Position numbers and translations under genes: made by a program
From: Phycisphaeraceae bacterium
Lineage (GTDB): Bacteria > Planctomycetota > Phycisphaerae > Phycisphaerales > Zrk34
Direction: 5' to 3'
Length of the DNA stretch: 64,000 nucleotides
NCBI GenBank assembly: GCA_040905565.1
Contig: JBBDRF010000021.1
Coordinates: 64,001 to 128,000, forward strand
The notes under the pieces: generated by a model
Database searches by the model: none
The model's input: the letters and a program-made list of their open reading frames with translations, nothing else
What the model was told of the DNA's origin: nothing
Shown here: positions 9,134 to 17,179 of the stretch, piece after piece
Layout: each line of letters opens with the position of its first letter
How positions within the stretch are numbered: the stretch's first letter is position 1

Positions 9134-10119
9134 GGGCTGATGGGGCGCGAGCAGGTGGTGATGAAGGCGAGCGGGTCGACGGCTGGGCCGAGAGAGCCTC
9201 GCTGCGTCTGCTGTTCGCCATGGCGAGGTGGTGGCCGGGTTTCGCGCGGTGGTCGGCACCGTTCTGGACGCGGACGGCGTGGGAACTGAATCCGGCATTG
9301 CAACGCAGCATCCTCGCCAATGCCAAGCGGCTTCTGCCCCACGGGACGGAAGCGCAACGGCGACAACTGGCTCGCGCGGTGGTGCGGAGCTTCTACGACT
9401 TCGTGATGGAGATGGGCGTGGCCGTGAATGCGGACCGTTCGGCCATTCTCGAAAAGCTCGCCGGCACGGACGGCCATGAGCACTACGAAGAGGCGCGGCG
9501 ACTGGGGCGGGGTGTCATCGTGGCGACCGCTCACCTGGGCTCGTTCGAGGTCGGTATCGCAGCCCTTCGCGAACATGAAGCACGGATCCATGTGGTTTTC
9601 AAGCGGGATGTTGAGCCCACCTTCGACCGCCTGCGCGGCGACCTACATCGCATGCTCGGTGTGCTCGATGCGCCGATCGATGAGGGACTGGGCCTGTGGG
9701 TTCGACTGCGCGATGCGCTGGCGCGAGACGAAGCGGTGCTAATGCAGGCCGACCGCGCGATGCCCATGCAGAAGGGCGTGGTGGTGCCGTTCGGCAACGG
9801 ACACCTGATGCTGCCGACAGGCGTGGTAAGGCTGGCTCGGGCAAGCAATGCGCCGATTGTCCCGGTATTCGCGGTGCGCCAGCCGGACGGCCGTATCCGA
9901 TTGCAGGTGGAGAAGGCCATCGATGTTCACGCTTGCGGCAACGGCGATGATGCTACCAGCAAGTTCGATGCGGCAACGCAGACGCTGGCTCGCGTGATCG
10001 AGGCCAAGGTATTTGCTCACCCTGAGCAGTGGTTGATGTTGCAGCCCGCGTGGCTGGAGGACCAACCGGTCCACGTAACGGCGGCGACGGAACAGGCTAA
10101 GGATGTGCGATGTGAGTGA
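9130..10119 (+). CDS. Lipid A lauroyl/LpxL-like (LPLAT) acyltransferase
   Basis: GRGVIVATAHLGSFE (HxxxxE), ADR, V.FG, LP.G..RLA....APIVPVF, HPEQW. Confidence 0.88.
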   Translation: MRADGARAGGDEGERVDGWAERASLRLLFAMARWWPGFARWSAPFWTRTAWELNPALQRSILANAKRLLPHGTEAQRRQLARAVVRSFYDFVMEMGVAVNADRSAILEKLAGTDGHEHYEEARRLGRGVIVATAHLGSFEVGIAALREHEARIHVVFKRDVEPTFDRLRGDLHRMLGVLDAPIDEGLGLWVRLRDALARDEAVLMQADRAMPMQKGVVVPFGNGHLMLPTGVVRLARASNAPIVPVFAVRQPDGRIRLQVEKAIDVHACGNGDDATSKFDAATQTLARVIEAKVFAHPEQWLMLQPAWLEDQPVHVTAATEQAKDVRCE

Positions 10120-12463
10120 GGCGATCTGGATCAGCGGGGCGGGCTTGATCACTCCTCTGGGGGGTGACCGCCAGAGCACGTGGGAGGCGATATGTGCAGG
10201 TCGATGCGGCATCGGGCCCCTCACCGCAATGGAGCAGGATCAATTGCCCGGCAAGGAAGGCGGCCAGGTGCCCCCCCTGCACGGCGATGACAAACGCGAA
10301 AATCGCGTCATCCGTTACCTGCGGCAGGCGATCGAAGACGCGCTCCACGAAGCCGGCGCTGCGGCCGAACTCCCTTATGACCCCGCACGCTGCGGAATCA
10401 TCCTCGGCACGACGTTGCACGGCATGCCCGCAGCCGCTCGCTTTTTTCGGAGCGATGATCCGGCGGATTTACAATCCTTCCTTGCCGGTGCTGTCCTGGA
10501 AGGTGCAGCGGGTGACACAGGACTGACCGGCTTCTCCGCGACGACCTGCTCCGCTTGCTCGTCGGGACTGGGGAGCGTGGCGTTGGCGATGACGCTGCTG
10601 CGAAACGGCGAGTTGGACATGGTCGTGGCTGGGGGGTACGACCCGATCAGCGAGTACGCCTACGCGGGCTTCAACAGTCTCAGGCTCGTGGCGGAGTCGC
10701 CCCTGCGGCCGTTCTGCGAAGGGCGCGAGGGGATGAAGGTGAGCGAGGGGTACGGCATCGTGGTCCTTGAGCGAGCAGGTGATGCGCAGCGGCGGAGTGT
10801 GCAGCCGCTGGCGGAGGTGCGGGCGTTCGGCGAGTCAGCCGACGTGCATCATCTCACGCAGCCGAATCCGGAGGGCGAGGGGGCTTCACGGGCGATCGTC
10901 GCCGCACTCGAGGCAGCGGATCTGACTGTGGCCGACATCGGGTTGATTTCCGCCCACGCGACCGGCACGCCGGATAACGACAGTAGCGAGGCGGCGGCAC
11001 TGCGCGACGCGTTCGGCGGCCGGCTGCGCGACGTGCCGTTGGTCGCCTTCAAAAGTCACCTAGGGCACACGCTGGGCGGCGCTGGGGCGGTGGAGTTGAT
11101 CCTCTCAGCCATGGCGATGCGGGACGGGAAAGTACCTCCCACCGCCAACGTCACGCCGGAGGCGATCGCCTACGACGACCTTGCGATTCACACGGGAACA
11201 ACGGCGAAAGATGCTTCGATCGCTGCCACGCTGAACCTTTCGCTCGGGTTCGGCGGCGCGAACACCGCTGTCATCCTCACGCCGCCGCGACGTGATGAAG
11301 AGTCCCCCAACGTCATCACTGTCGATAGAACGGTGGGCGTCAACACACGCAGCGTCGGCGTGACGGGCGTTGGGGTCGTGATGGGAGGGGCGGTCGGAAA
11401 CGATGCCTTCATTGAGCGGCTCGGCTGCGAGACCGCGCTCGACCTCAACACCGTTAGCAGCGTGGATCGCGACGCATTGGCGGGCTTGATCCACGCACGA
11501 CGCGCTCGGCGCATGAGCGGCTATGTCCAGCTATCGCTCGCAGCGACGGCTGTGGCGTTGGAGCATGCCGGCGTTGATGATGTCGCAGCCTTCGGCGCGG
11601 AAGCGGGGGCGATCCTCGGCACGGTGCATGGTTCGACGTTGTACAGCACCGAATACTACCAGCAGATTGTGGCCGAGGGCGTCGGCGCAGCGAATCCGCT
11701 GCTTTTCGCCGAGGGCGTGCCGAATGCGGGGGCGGCACACCTGAGCATGACGTTCGGTGTGAAAGGAGCATGTCAGACCATCATCGGCTCGCGCACCGCA
11801 GGGCTCGATGCGATCCGACTCGCGACGGCTCGCATCGCAACCGGGGCGTGGGACCGGGCGATCATCAGCACAGCAGAAGAAGATACGCCGCTGATCGAAC
11901 GAGTTTATCGGCATTGCAACGTGGGGGCTGAGCGCGATCGGGCGCCGGCGGCCGCGCCTTTCGGTCAGGGGGGGGGCGTGTCAGGATCCGGCGCTGTTAC
12001 GTTGATCCTCGAAAGCGCTGAAGCCGCAGCGAAACGCGGCGCTCAACTGCACGCCCGCATCGATGCCACCGCATCGGCATGGGCCACGGCTGGCAACGCA
12101 CCGCGAATGGTCGAAAAACTCGATGGCGTCTGGCAGCGATTGGGCGATGATGAGGCCCTCGTGACCACCGCCAGCGGCGACGATCAGGCTCGGATCGAGC
12201 AAACGGCCCTGAAGCGGGCGGCGCATCGCAAGCCCAGGCGGGTCGGCGGAATCTATGGACACGCCCCCGAGATGTTCAGCGTGATGGGCATGGCCGCGAT
12301 TGCAGCGATCGTGCTGCGTCAACGTCTGCCGAGGCTCTGCGGCGAAGTTGACGGGAACGGCCTCACAGCGGCGGAAGGTATAGCCGATGAAAAAGGGGCA
12401 AGCGTTCTTGCGCTCGACAGGAGCGGCGCTGTTGCCGGTGTGCGGCTGGGCTGGAGCACGTGA
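10103..12463 (+). CDS. Tandem beta-ketoacyl-ACP synthase: active FabF-like KS fused to a Cys-less CLF-like KS domain (start may be GTG at 10112)
   Basis: Domain 1: SACSSG, HATGT, KSHLGHTLGGAG, LSLGFGGAN. Domain 2 restarts VGVTGVG, has NPLLF..GVPN, but GSRTAGLDA at the catalytic-Cys position. Confidence 0.88.
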   Translation: MCDVSEAIWISGAGLITPLGGDRQSTWEAICAGRCGIGPLTAMEQDQLPGKEGGQVPPLHGDDKRENRVIRYLRQAIEDALHEAGAAAELPYDPARCGIILGTTLHGMPAAARFFRSDDPADLQSFLAGAVLEGAAGDTGLTGFSATTCSACSSGLGSVALAMTLLRNGELDMVVAGGYDPISEYAYAGFNSLRLVAESPLRPFCEGREGMKVSEGYGIVVLERAGDAQRRSVQPLAEVRAFGESADVHHLTQPNPEGEGASRAIVAALEAADLTVADIGLISAHATGTPDNDSSEAAALRDAFGGRLRDVPLVAFKSHLGHTLGGAGAVELILSAMAMRDGKVPPTANVTPEAIAYDDLAIHTGTTAKDASIAATLNLSLGFGGANTAVILTPPRRDEESPNVITVDRTVGVNTRSVGVTGVGVVMGGAVGNDAFIERLGCETALDLNTVSSVDRDALAGLIHARRARRMSGYVQLSLAATAVALEHAGVDDVAAFGAEAGAILGTVHGSTLYSTEYYQQIVAEGVGAANPLLFAEGVPNAGAAHLSMTFGVKGACQTIIGSRTAGLDAIRLATARIATGAWDRAIISTAEEDTPLIERVYRHCNVGAERDRAPAAAPFGQGGGVSGSGAVTLILESAEAAAKRGAQLHARIDATASAWATAGNAPRMVEKLDGVWQRLGDDEALVTTASGDDQARIEQTALKRAAHRKPRRVGGIYGHAPEMFSVMGMAAIAAIVLRQRLPRLCGEVDGNGLTAAEGIADEKGASVLALDRSGAVAGVRLGWST

Positions 12464-12562
12464 GGCAAGAAGCAAGGCTTGGACATGGGGGCCGAGGCCG
12501 AGGATAATCGCCGGTTGAGAAGAGGATGCCTTGTGTGAGGCGGCGGCTGACCCCGTTGCGAT

Positions 12563-13537
12563 GTGATGACAGATCTGAGACGGCAGACGACGAGCGGGCG
12601 ACCGACCGCGCCACCGAACTGGGTGAGGCGCTGGCTGAATGATGCGCCGCTGCAATGCGTGGTGCAGCAGAGCGACCTGGTGGTTGAGCGGGCGGATGGA
12701 CCCGACGCACGATTCGTCCAGGTGACGGTGCCATGTGCTGCGGAACTGGCGGGTCTGACGCTGCAGCGATGCGTGACGCGAGCTTACACCGCCCTCGGCG
12801 AGCAGATACGACAGGATGGTCAGGTGTGCTGGCCGGTGCGATTCTGGAACTACGTCCCCGACATTCAGCAGCAGGATGGGGGCAACCTGAACCGCTACAT
12901 GATCTTCAACGCGGGGCGCTGGGGAGCCTTGGCTGAATGGTACGGGAACGATACAGCGTTCGGGTCGAACCTGGCTGCAGCCACCGCGCTCGACGTCCGC
13001 AGCAAACATCTGGTTGTTCAGGTTCTTGCAGCAACGGAACCGGGCGAACCCGTTGAGAACGCACGTCAGCTACCGGCTTACCGCTACTCCGCACGCTACG
13101 GTCCGCTGCCGCCGTGCTTCGCGCGGGCGACTGTAGTCAACGACGCATTGATGGACCGATGGATGTTGGTGTCCGGCACCGCAAGCGTCGTCGGCGAAGC
13201 ATCGAGACACCCGTGCGACATCCACGCCCAGCTACGCGAGACCTTCGCCAATCTCGCGACATTGGCCGCGCCTGCGGGAACGACGCCGGAAGAAGCACAC
13301 GGCCGCTACCGTTCGTTGCGTGCTTACGTGACGCGCAAGTCAGATGTGCCGGTGGTCGAAGCTGCGGTGCGGCGTACATTCCATGCGCTGGAGGAACTGG
13401 AAATCGTGCCGGCGGACCTGTGTCGGCCGGAACTGTTGGTGGAGATTGAGGGCGTGGCTGAAGCAGTCCGGAGCGGACACGCAGCGGGCAGGGCGCGACG
13501 GTCGACGTCGCCGTCCCCCGTGGAGTCGGCGCAATGA
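12563..13537 (+). CDS. FkbO/Hyg5/XanB2-family chorismatase (probable 3-hydroxybenzoate synthase)
   Basis: RFWNYVPDI, RYMIFNAGR, ENARQLPAYRYS.RYGP.PP.FARAT, VSGTASVVG, DLCRPELLVEIEG. Confidence 0.88.
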   Translation: MMTDLRRQTTSGRPTAPPNWVRRWLNDAPLQCVVQQSDLVVERADGPDARFVQVTVPCAAELAGLTLQRCVTRAYTALGEQIRQDGQVCWPVRFWNYVPDIQQQDGGNLNRYMIFNAGRWGALAEWYGNDTAFGSNLAAATALDVRSKHLVVQVLAATEPGEPVENARQLPAYRYSARYGPLPPCFARATVVNDALMDRWMLVSGTASVVGEASRHPCDIHAQLRETFANLATLAAPAGTTPEEAHGRYRSLRAYVTRKSDVPVVEAAVRRTFHALEELEIVPADLCRPELLVEIEGVAEAVRSGHAAGRARRSTSPSPVESAQ

Positions 13538-14901
13538 TCGCGCACAAGAGCGAGCAGGATTTCGAGGTGCTGATCGTTGGCGGAGGCCCCACCGGCGCCA
13601 TCGCGGCATTGGTGCTGGCGCGGGCGGGGGTTCGGGTGGCGGTCGTCGAGAAGGAAGCGTTCCCCAGATTTCAAATCGGCGAGTCTTTCCTCCCGGTGAC
13701 GTTCGACCAACTGCAACGACTGGGCCTGATGGACCGCCTGCGTGAACTGCCACATATGCTCAAATACGGCGCGGAGTTCGGCATGGGCGGCGGCACCGAA
13801 ACCAGCCTCTTCGAATTCAACACCGGTCTGCTGGGCGGGGAAAACGAGACGTTCAACATCGCACGGGCTGACTTCGACGCAATGCTTCTGGAAGAGGCTG
13901 CGAAGGCGGGCGCGACGCTGCTTCAGCCGGCGGCGGTGAAGCAGATACACCGATTGGCCGACGGCGACGTCGTCATCGAAACGCAGGCGGAAACACTCAC
14001 CGGCCGTTATCTCATCGACGCCAGCGGGCAGGCCACGGTGGTCGGTAGGCACCTGAAGCAAAAAAGCATGTTCGACGCGCCACACCTGCAAAAGGTGGCA
14101 TACTTCGCGCACTTCGAAAACGTGAAGCGGCTGGACGGCAGACGCGCCGGGTACCCGACGATCGCGATGGCGGACGAAGGTTGGTTCTGGATCATTCCGC
14201 TCAATGCGCATACGACCAGCGTCGGGATGGTGCTTGATCCCGCCGTCGTGAAGCAGGTCGACCTGCCTGCCCGCGACATGCTGGGCTGGGGAATTGCGCG
14301 GTGTCCACTCATGCGAGACCGTATGGAAGCAGCCGTGCCGGTCGAGCGCGTCACCGAAACCGGCGACTCCGTCAACAGTCAACGGTGGGGGGGCGTGAGG
14401 GCGGACTTCAGTTACCAGTGTGAGCCGATCGCTGGGCCGGGTTATTTTCTGGCGGGCGATGCAGCGACGTTCCTCGATCCGGTCTTCTCGACGGGTGTGT
14501 GCCTGGGAATGACAGGCGGTGAACAGGCGGCTCAGCATTTGATCGCGGTGCTGCGTTACGGCCGAGAACCGAAGGCGGCGAGACAGGTTTACGTCAAGAC
14601 GATGAAGCAGGCGACAGCGTACTTTACCAAGGTAATTGCGTACTACTATCAGCACAGCTTTCGAGAGCTGTTTCTGCACGGTTCTGGCCCGTTTCAGATG
14701 CAGCGCAGTGTTCTGGCCGTGTTGACCGGACACGTCTTCGCAAAGCTGCCGTGGAAGGTACGTTGGCGGTACTGGCTGTTTGGTCTTTGTGTACGCGTGC
14801 AGCAAAGCCGGGCTTTGGTCGAGAAACGGGAGCGGTTTTCGCTGCTGAGTGCGGAGCCGTCCCTTTGGCAGCCGAGCGGTTCCTGTGTGGAAGTGGGTTG
14901 A
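13534..14901 (+). CDS. Flavin-dependent halogenase-like oxidoreductase (carrier-protein-substrate type)
   Basis: GGGPTG, FPRFQIGES, MLKYGA (candidate catalytic Lys), DASG, WFWIIP (WxWxIP, 14182-14199), GDAATFLDPVFSTGV. Confidence 0.78.
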   Translation: MIAHKSEQDFEVLIVGGGPTGAIAALVLARAGVRVAVVEKEAFPRFQIGESFLPVTFDQLQRLGLMDRLRELPHMLKYGAEFGMGGGTETSLFEFNTGLLGGENETFNIARADFDAMLLEEAAKAGATLLQPAAVKQIHRLADGDVVIETQAETLTGRYLIDASGQATVVGRHLKQKSMFDAPHLQKVAYFAHFENVKRLDGRRAGYPTIAMADEGWFWIIPLNAHTTSVGMVLDPAVVKQVDLPARDMLGWGIARCPLMRDRMEAAVPVERVTETGDSVNSQRWGGVRADFSYQCEPIAGPGYFLAGDAATFLDPVFSTGVCLGMTGGEQAAQHLIAVLRYGREPKAARQVYVKTMKQATAYFTKVIAYYYQHSFRELFLHGSGPFQMQRSVLAVLTGHVFAKLPWKVRWRYWLFGLCVRVQQSRALVEKRERFSLLSAEPSLWQPSGSCVEVG

Positions 14902-16385
14902 TGAGTTCGCAACTGATTCAACAGGTTCTAAGACACGCGACCGAACGTGCAGACGACGCAGCGATTCTATGGTGTGATTCTGCCGGTCACGCTCAGACCG
15001 TCACTTGGTCGCAGTTGTTGCGCGGAGCGGCGGCTGTCGCGGAGCAGCTCCGGCAGCGCACCTCGGCCGACGCGGTGGTGCTGGTGAGCATTGCCAATCG
15101 CCCTGAGCTGACGGTGAGTTTTCTTGCAGGATTGCTGGCGGATCGCGCGGTGTTCATGGTGCCGCCGAACCTCACGGCCGCGGAGTTGCGACAATCTTTG
15201 GCCCGCTCGGGCGCACGCAGCGCTATCGGAAGTTCCGCAGCCCTGACAGCCATCACCGCCGATTTGGATTTTCATTTGCCGCTCAATGCCGTACCGACGC
15301 AGGCAGCGCGAGATGATCAAAGGTTGCAGAAGCTCGTGCAGCAGCATGCGGGGTGCGGGGCCTTGCTGTTGCAGAGTTCGGGGACGACCGGGCGGCCCAA
15401 AATTGTGCGACGGGAGATGTCGGCCCTTGATGCCGTGGGTGAGCACTGCCGCGTTGCTGTGGGGATCGAGGCGAACGATCGGATGCTTGCTGCGGTGCCG
15501 TTGTGTCACTCCTTCGGGATGGATCACGGCTTGATGGCCGCCATGCTGGCCGGCTGTGCCGTGGAGATGCAGCATGGTTTCACGCTTGCAGCCATCAGCG
15601 ACGGCATCGAGCGGGGCGCGACCATTCTGCCGGGCGTGCCGTTCATGTTTGAGATGCTCGCCGGCACCACGGCTCTGCCGCAGCATCGGTTGCGACGTGT
15701 CTACTCAGCGGGCGGGCCGTTGCCGCCCGAGGTAGCTGATCGATTTGCGAAGGCATGGGGCGTGCGGATCGGGCAGGTGTACGGCTCCACTGAGTTCGGC
15801 TCGGTCACGTTCAACGATCCTGACGTAGCTGATTACGACGCAACGGCGGTTGGTCATCCCATCGGCGACGTCCAGCTGCGTGTCCTCGATGTGGAGCAAG
15901 CGGATGTGCATGGGCCGCTATCTGCCGGTGAAGAAGGCCAGGTGGCAGTGAAGGGTGCGTCCATGTTGAGTGGATACGTCGACGCGACAGAGCCGCCCAC
16001 CGTCGAAGGATGGTTTCTATCGGGCGATCTGGGAAGGCTTGATGACCAGGGGCGGCTGACCCTGACCGGACGCTTAAAGTTGTTGATCGATGTGGGGGGC
16101 CTGAAGGTCAACCCGATTGAGATCGAAGCGGTGCTCACCCAGCATCCGGCTGTGCAGGATGCGATCGTCGTGCCGATGCCGATGAGTCAGACGGTGCAGC
16201 GTATCAAGGCGATCGTCACGCTTCGGCCGAGTACGGAGCGGACCGAGGCGGACGTTCTTGACGAGCTACGCCGCTTCGCGCGGCAGCAATTGAGTCGTTG
16301 GAAAGTGCCACGCGTGATCGAGGTTCGCAACGCGCTGCCGAAGTCGCCCACGGGAAAAATTCTGCGACAGGCGGTGCAATGTTGA
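14901..16385 (+). CDS. AMP-dependent acyl/aryl-CoA or -ACP ligase (ANL superfamily)
   Basis: ATG overlapping the upstream TGA; QSSGTTGRPK, YGSTE, SGDLG, GRLK..I.VGG.KV.P.EIE, PKSPTGKI. Confidence 0.9.
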   Translation: MSSQLIQQVLRHATERADDAAILWCDSAGHAQTVTWSQLLRGAAAVAEQLRQRTSADAVVLVSIANRPELTVSFLAGLLADRAVFMVPPNLTAAELRQSLARSGARSAIGSSAALTAITADLDFHLPLNAVPTQAARDDQRLQKLVQQHAGCGALLLQSSGTTGRPKIVRREMSALDAVGEHCRVAVGIEANDRMLAAVPLCHSFGMDHGLMAAMLAGCAVEMQHGFTLAAISDGIERGATILPGVPFMFEMLAGTTALPQHRLRRVYSAGGPLPPEVADRFAKAWGVRIGQVYGSTEFGSVTFNDPDVADYDATAVGHPIGDVQLRVLDVEQADVHGPLSAGEEGQVAVKGASMLSGYVDATEPPTVEGWFLSGDLGRLDDQGRLTLTGRLKLLIDVGGLKVNPIEIEAVLTQHPAVQDAIVVPMPMSQTVQRIKAIVTLRPSTERTEADVLDELRRFARQQLSRWKVPRVIEVRNALPKSPTGKILRQAVQC

Positions 16386-17179
16386 GACGTGCTGCGACGA
16401 CGACTGGCCTGATCATGCTTTTACTTTCAGCGATCGTGGTGGGCGGGTGCGCGGCGACCGACCCGCTGCCGCGACACGCGTGGGTCGACGCCGATCACGC
16501 ACTGGCGCTGATGGCGGAGCGTGGCGCAAAGGTGGAGACGCTCACCGCCCGATGTGCGGTGGCGATGCGCAGCGGCCACGAAGACGTCACGTTCGATGGG
16601 GCGGTCGTCGCAAGGCTGCCGCACGATCTTCGCCTACGGGGATGGAAGTTCGACCGTGCTGTCATCGACCTGACGATTCGTGAAGACGGCGTATGGTTTT
16701 GGACGGCTCAGCAAAGAGAATCGCTCGAAAGCGGCAGCATGCTAGACGCGATGAATAATCCGCGCGCACGCGGCACCGGATTGGCGATGGTCATCGGAGC
16801 GATGGTCGACGGCCCCTGGCATCAAACCGAAGTGCAGGGCGACGAGCTCACCGCCACGCAAATGCTCGACAGCGGATGGCAACTGCAAGCGACGATCGAT
16901 CGTCCGACTTTGACCATCAGCCGATACGCCTTAATCGACGGCGACGGGCATGTTGTTCAGCAGGTGCGGCTCGATCGCTATGTCATGGTGAACGATATGC
17001 CCTGGCCGATGCGGATTGTGGCGGAGGGGTACGGCCGTGGTGGGAGGGGCAGTGGCGTTGGGGGGGCGAGTGGTCAGATCGTCGTGCGATTAAGCGACGT
17101 CTCCCTGAACGAAGGCCTTGCCGACGGTGCTTTCAATCCGCCAAGGCGTGCAATCCGACAGAACGGCGACGAAAGATGA
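16379..17179 (+). CDS. Lipoprotein, probable LolA/LolB-like fold
   Basis: Lipobox IVVGG-C; beta-rich; C-terminus VRLSDVSLNEGLADGAFNPP resembles the end of the LolA-like protein. Confidence 0.6.
   Translation: MLRRAATTTGLIMLLLSAIVVGGCAATDPLPRHAWVDADHALALMAERGAKVETLTARCAVAMRSGHEDVTFDGAVVARLPHDLRLRGWKFDRAVIDLTIREDGVWFWTAQQRESLESGSMLDAMNNPRARGTGLAMVIGAMVDGPWHQTEVQGDELTATQMLDSGWQLQATIDRPTLTISRYALIDGDGHVVQQVRLDRYVMVNDMPWPMRIVAEGYGRGGRGSGVGGASGQIVVRLSDVSLNEGLADGAFNPPRRAIRQNGDER

Noticed and set aside
11968..11976. G9 runs inside the KS-CLF gene and in hddA (near 55777)
   Set aside because: They encode Gly runs in intact frames (GAGGGG is a conserved GHMP motif); there is no sign of contingency loci.
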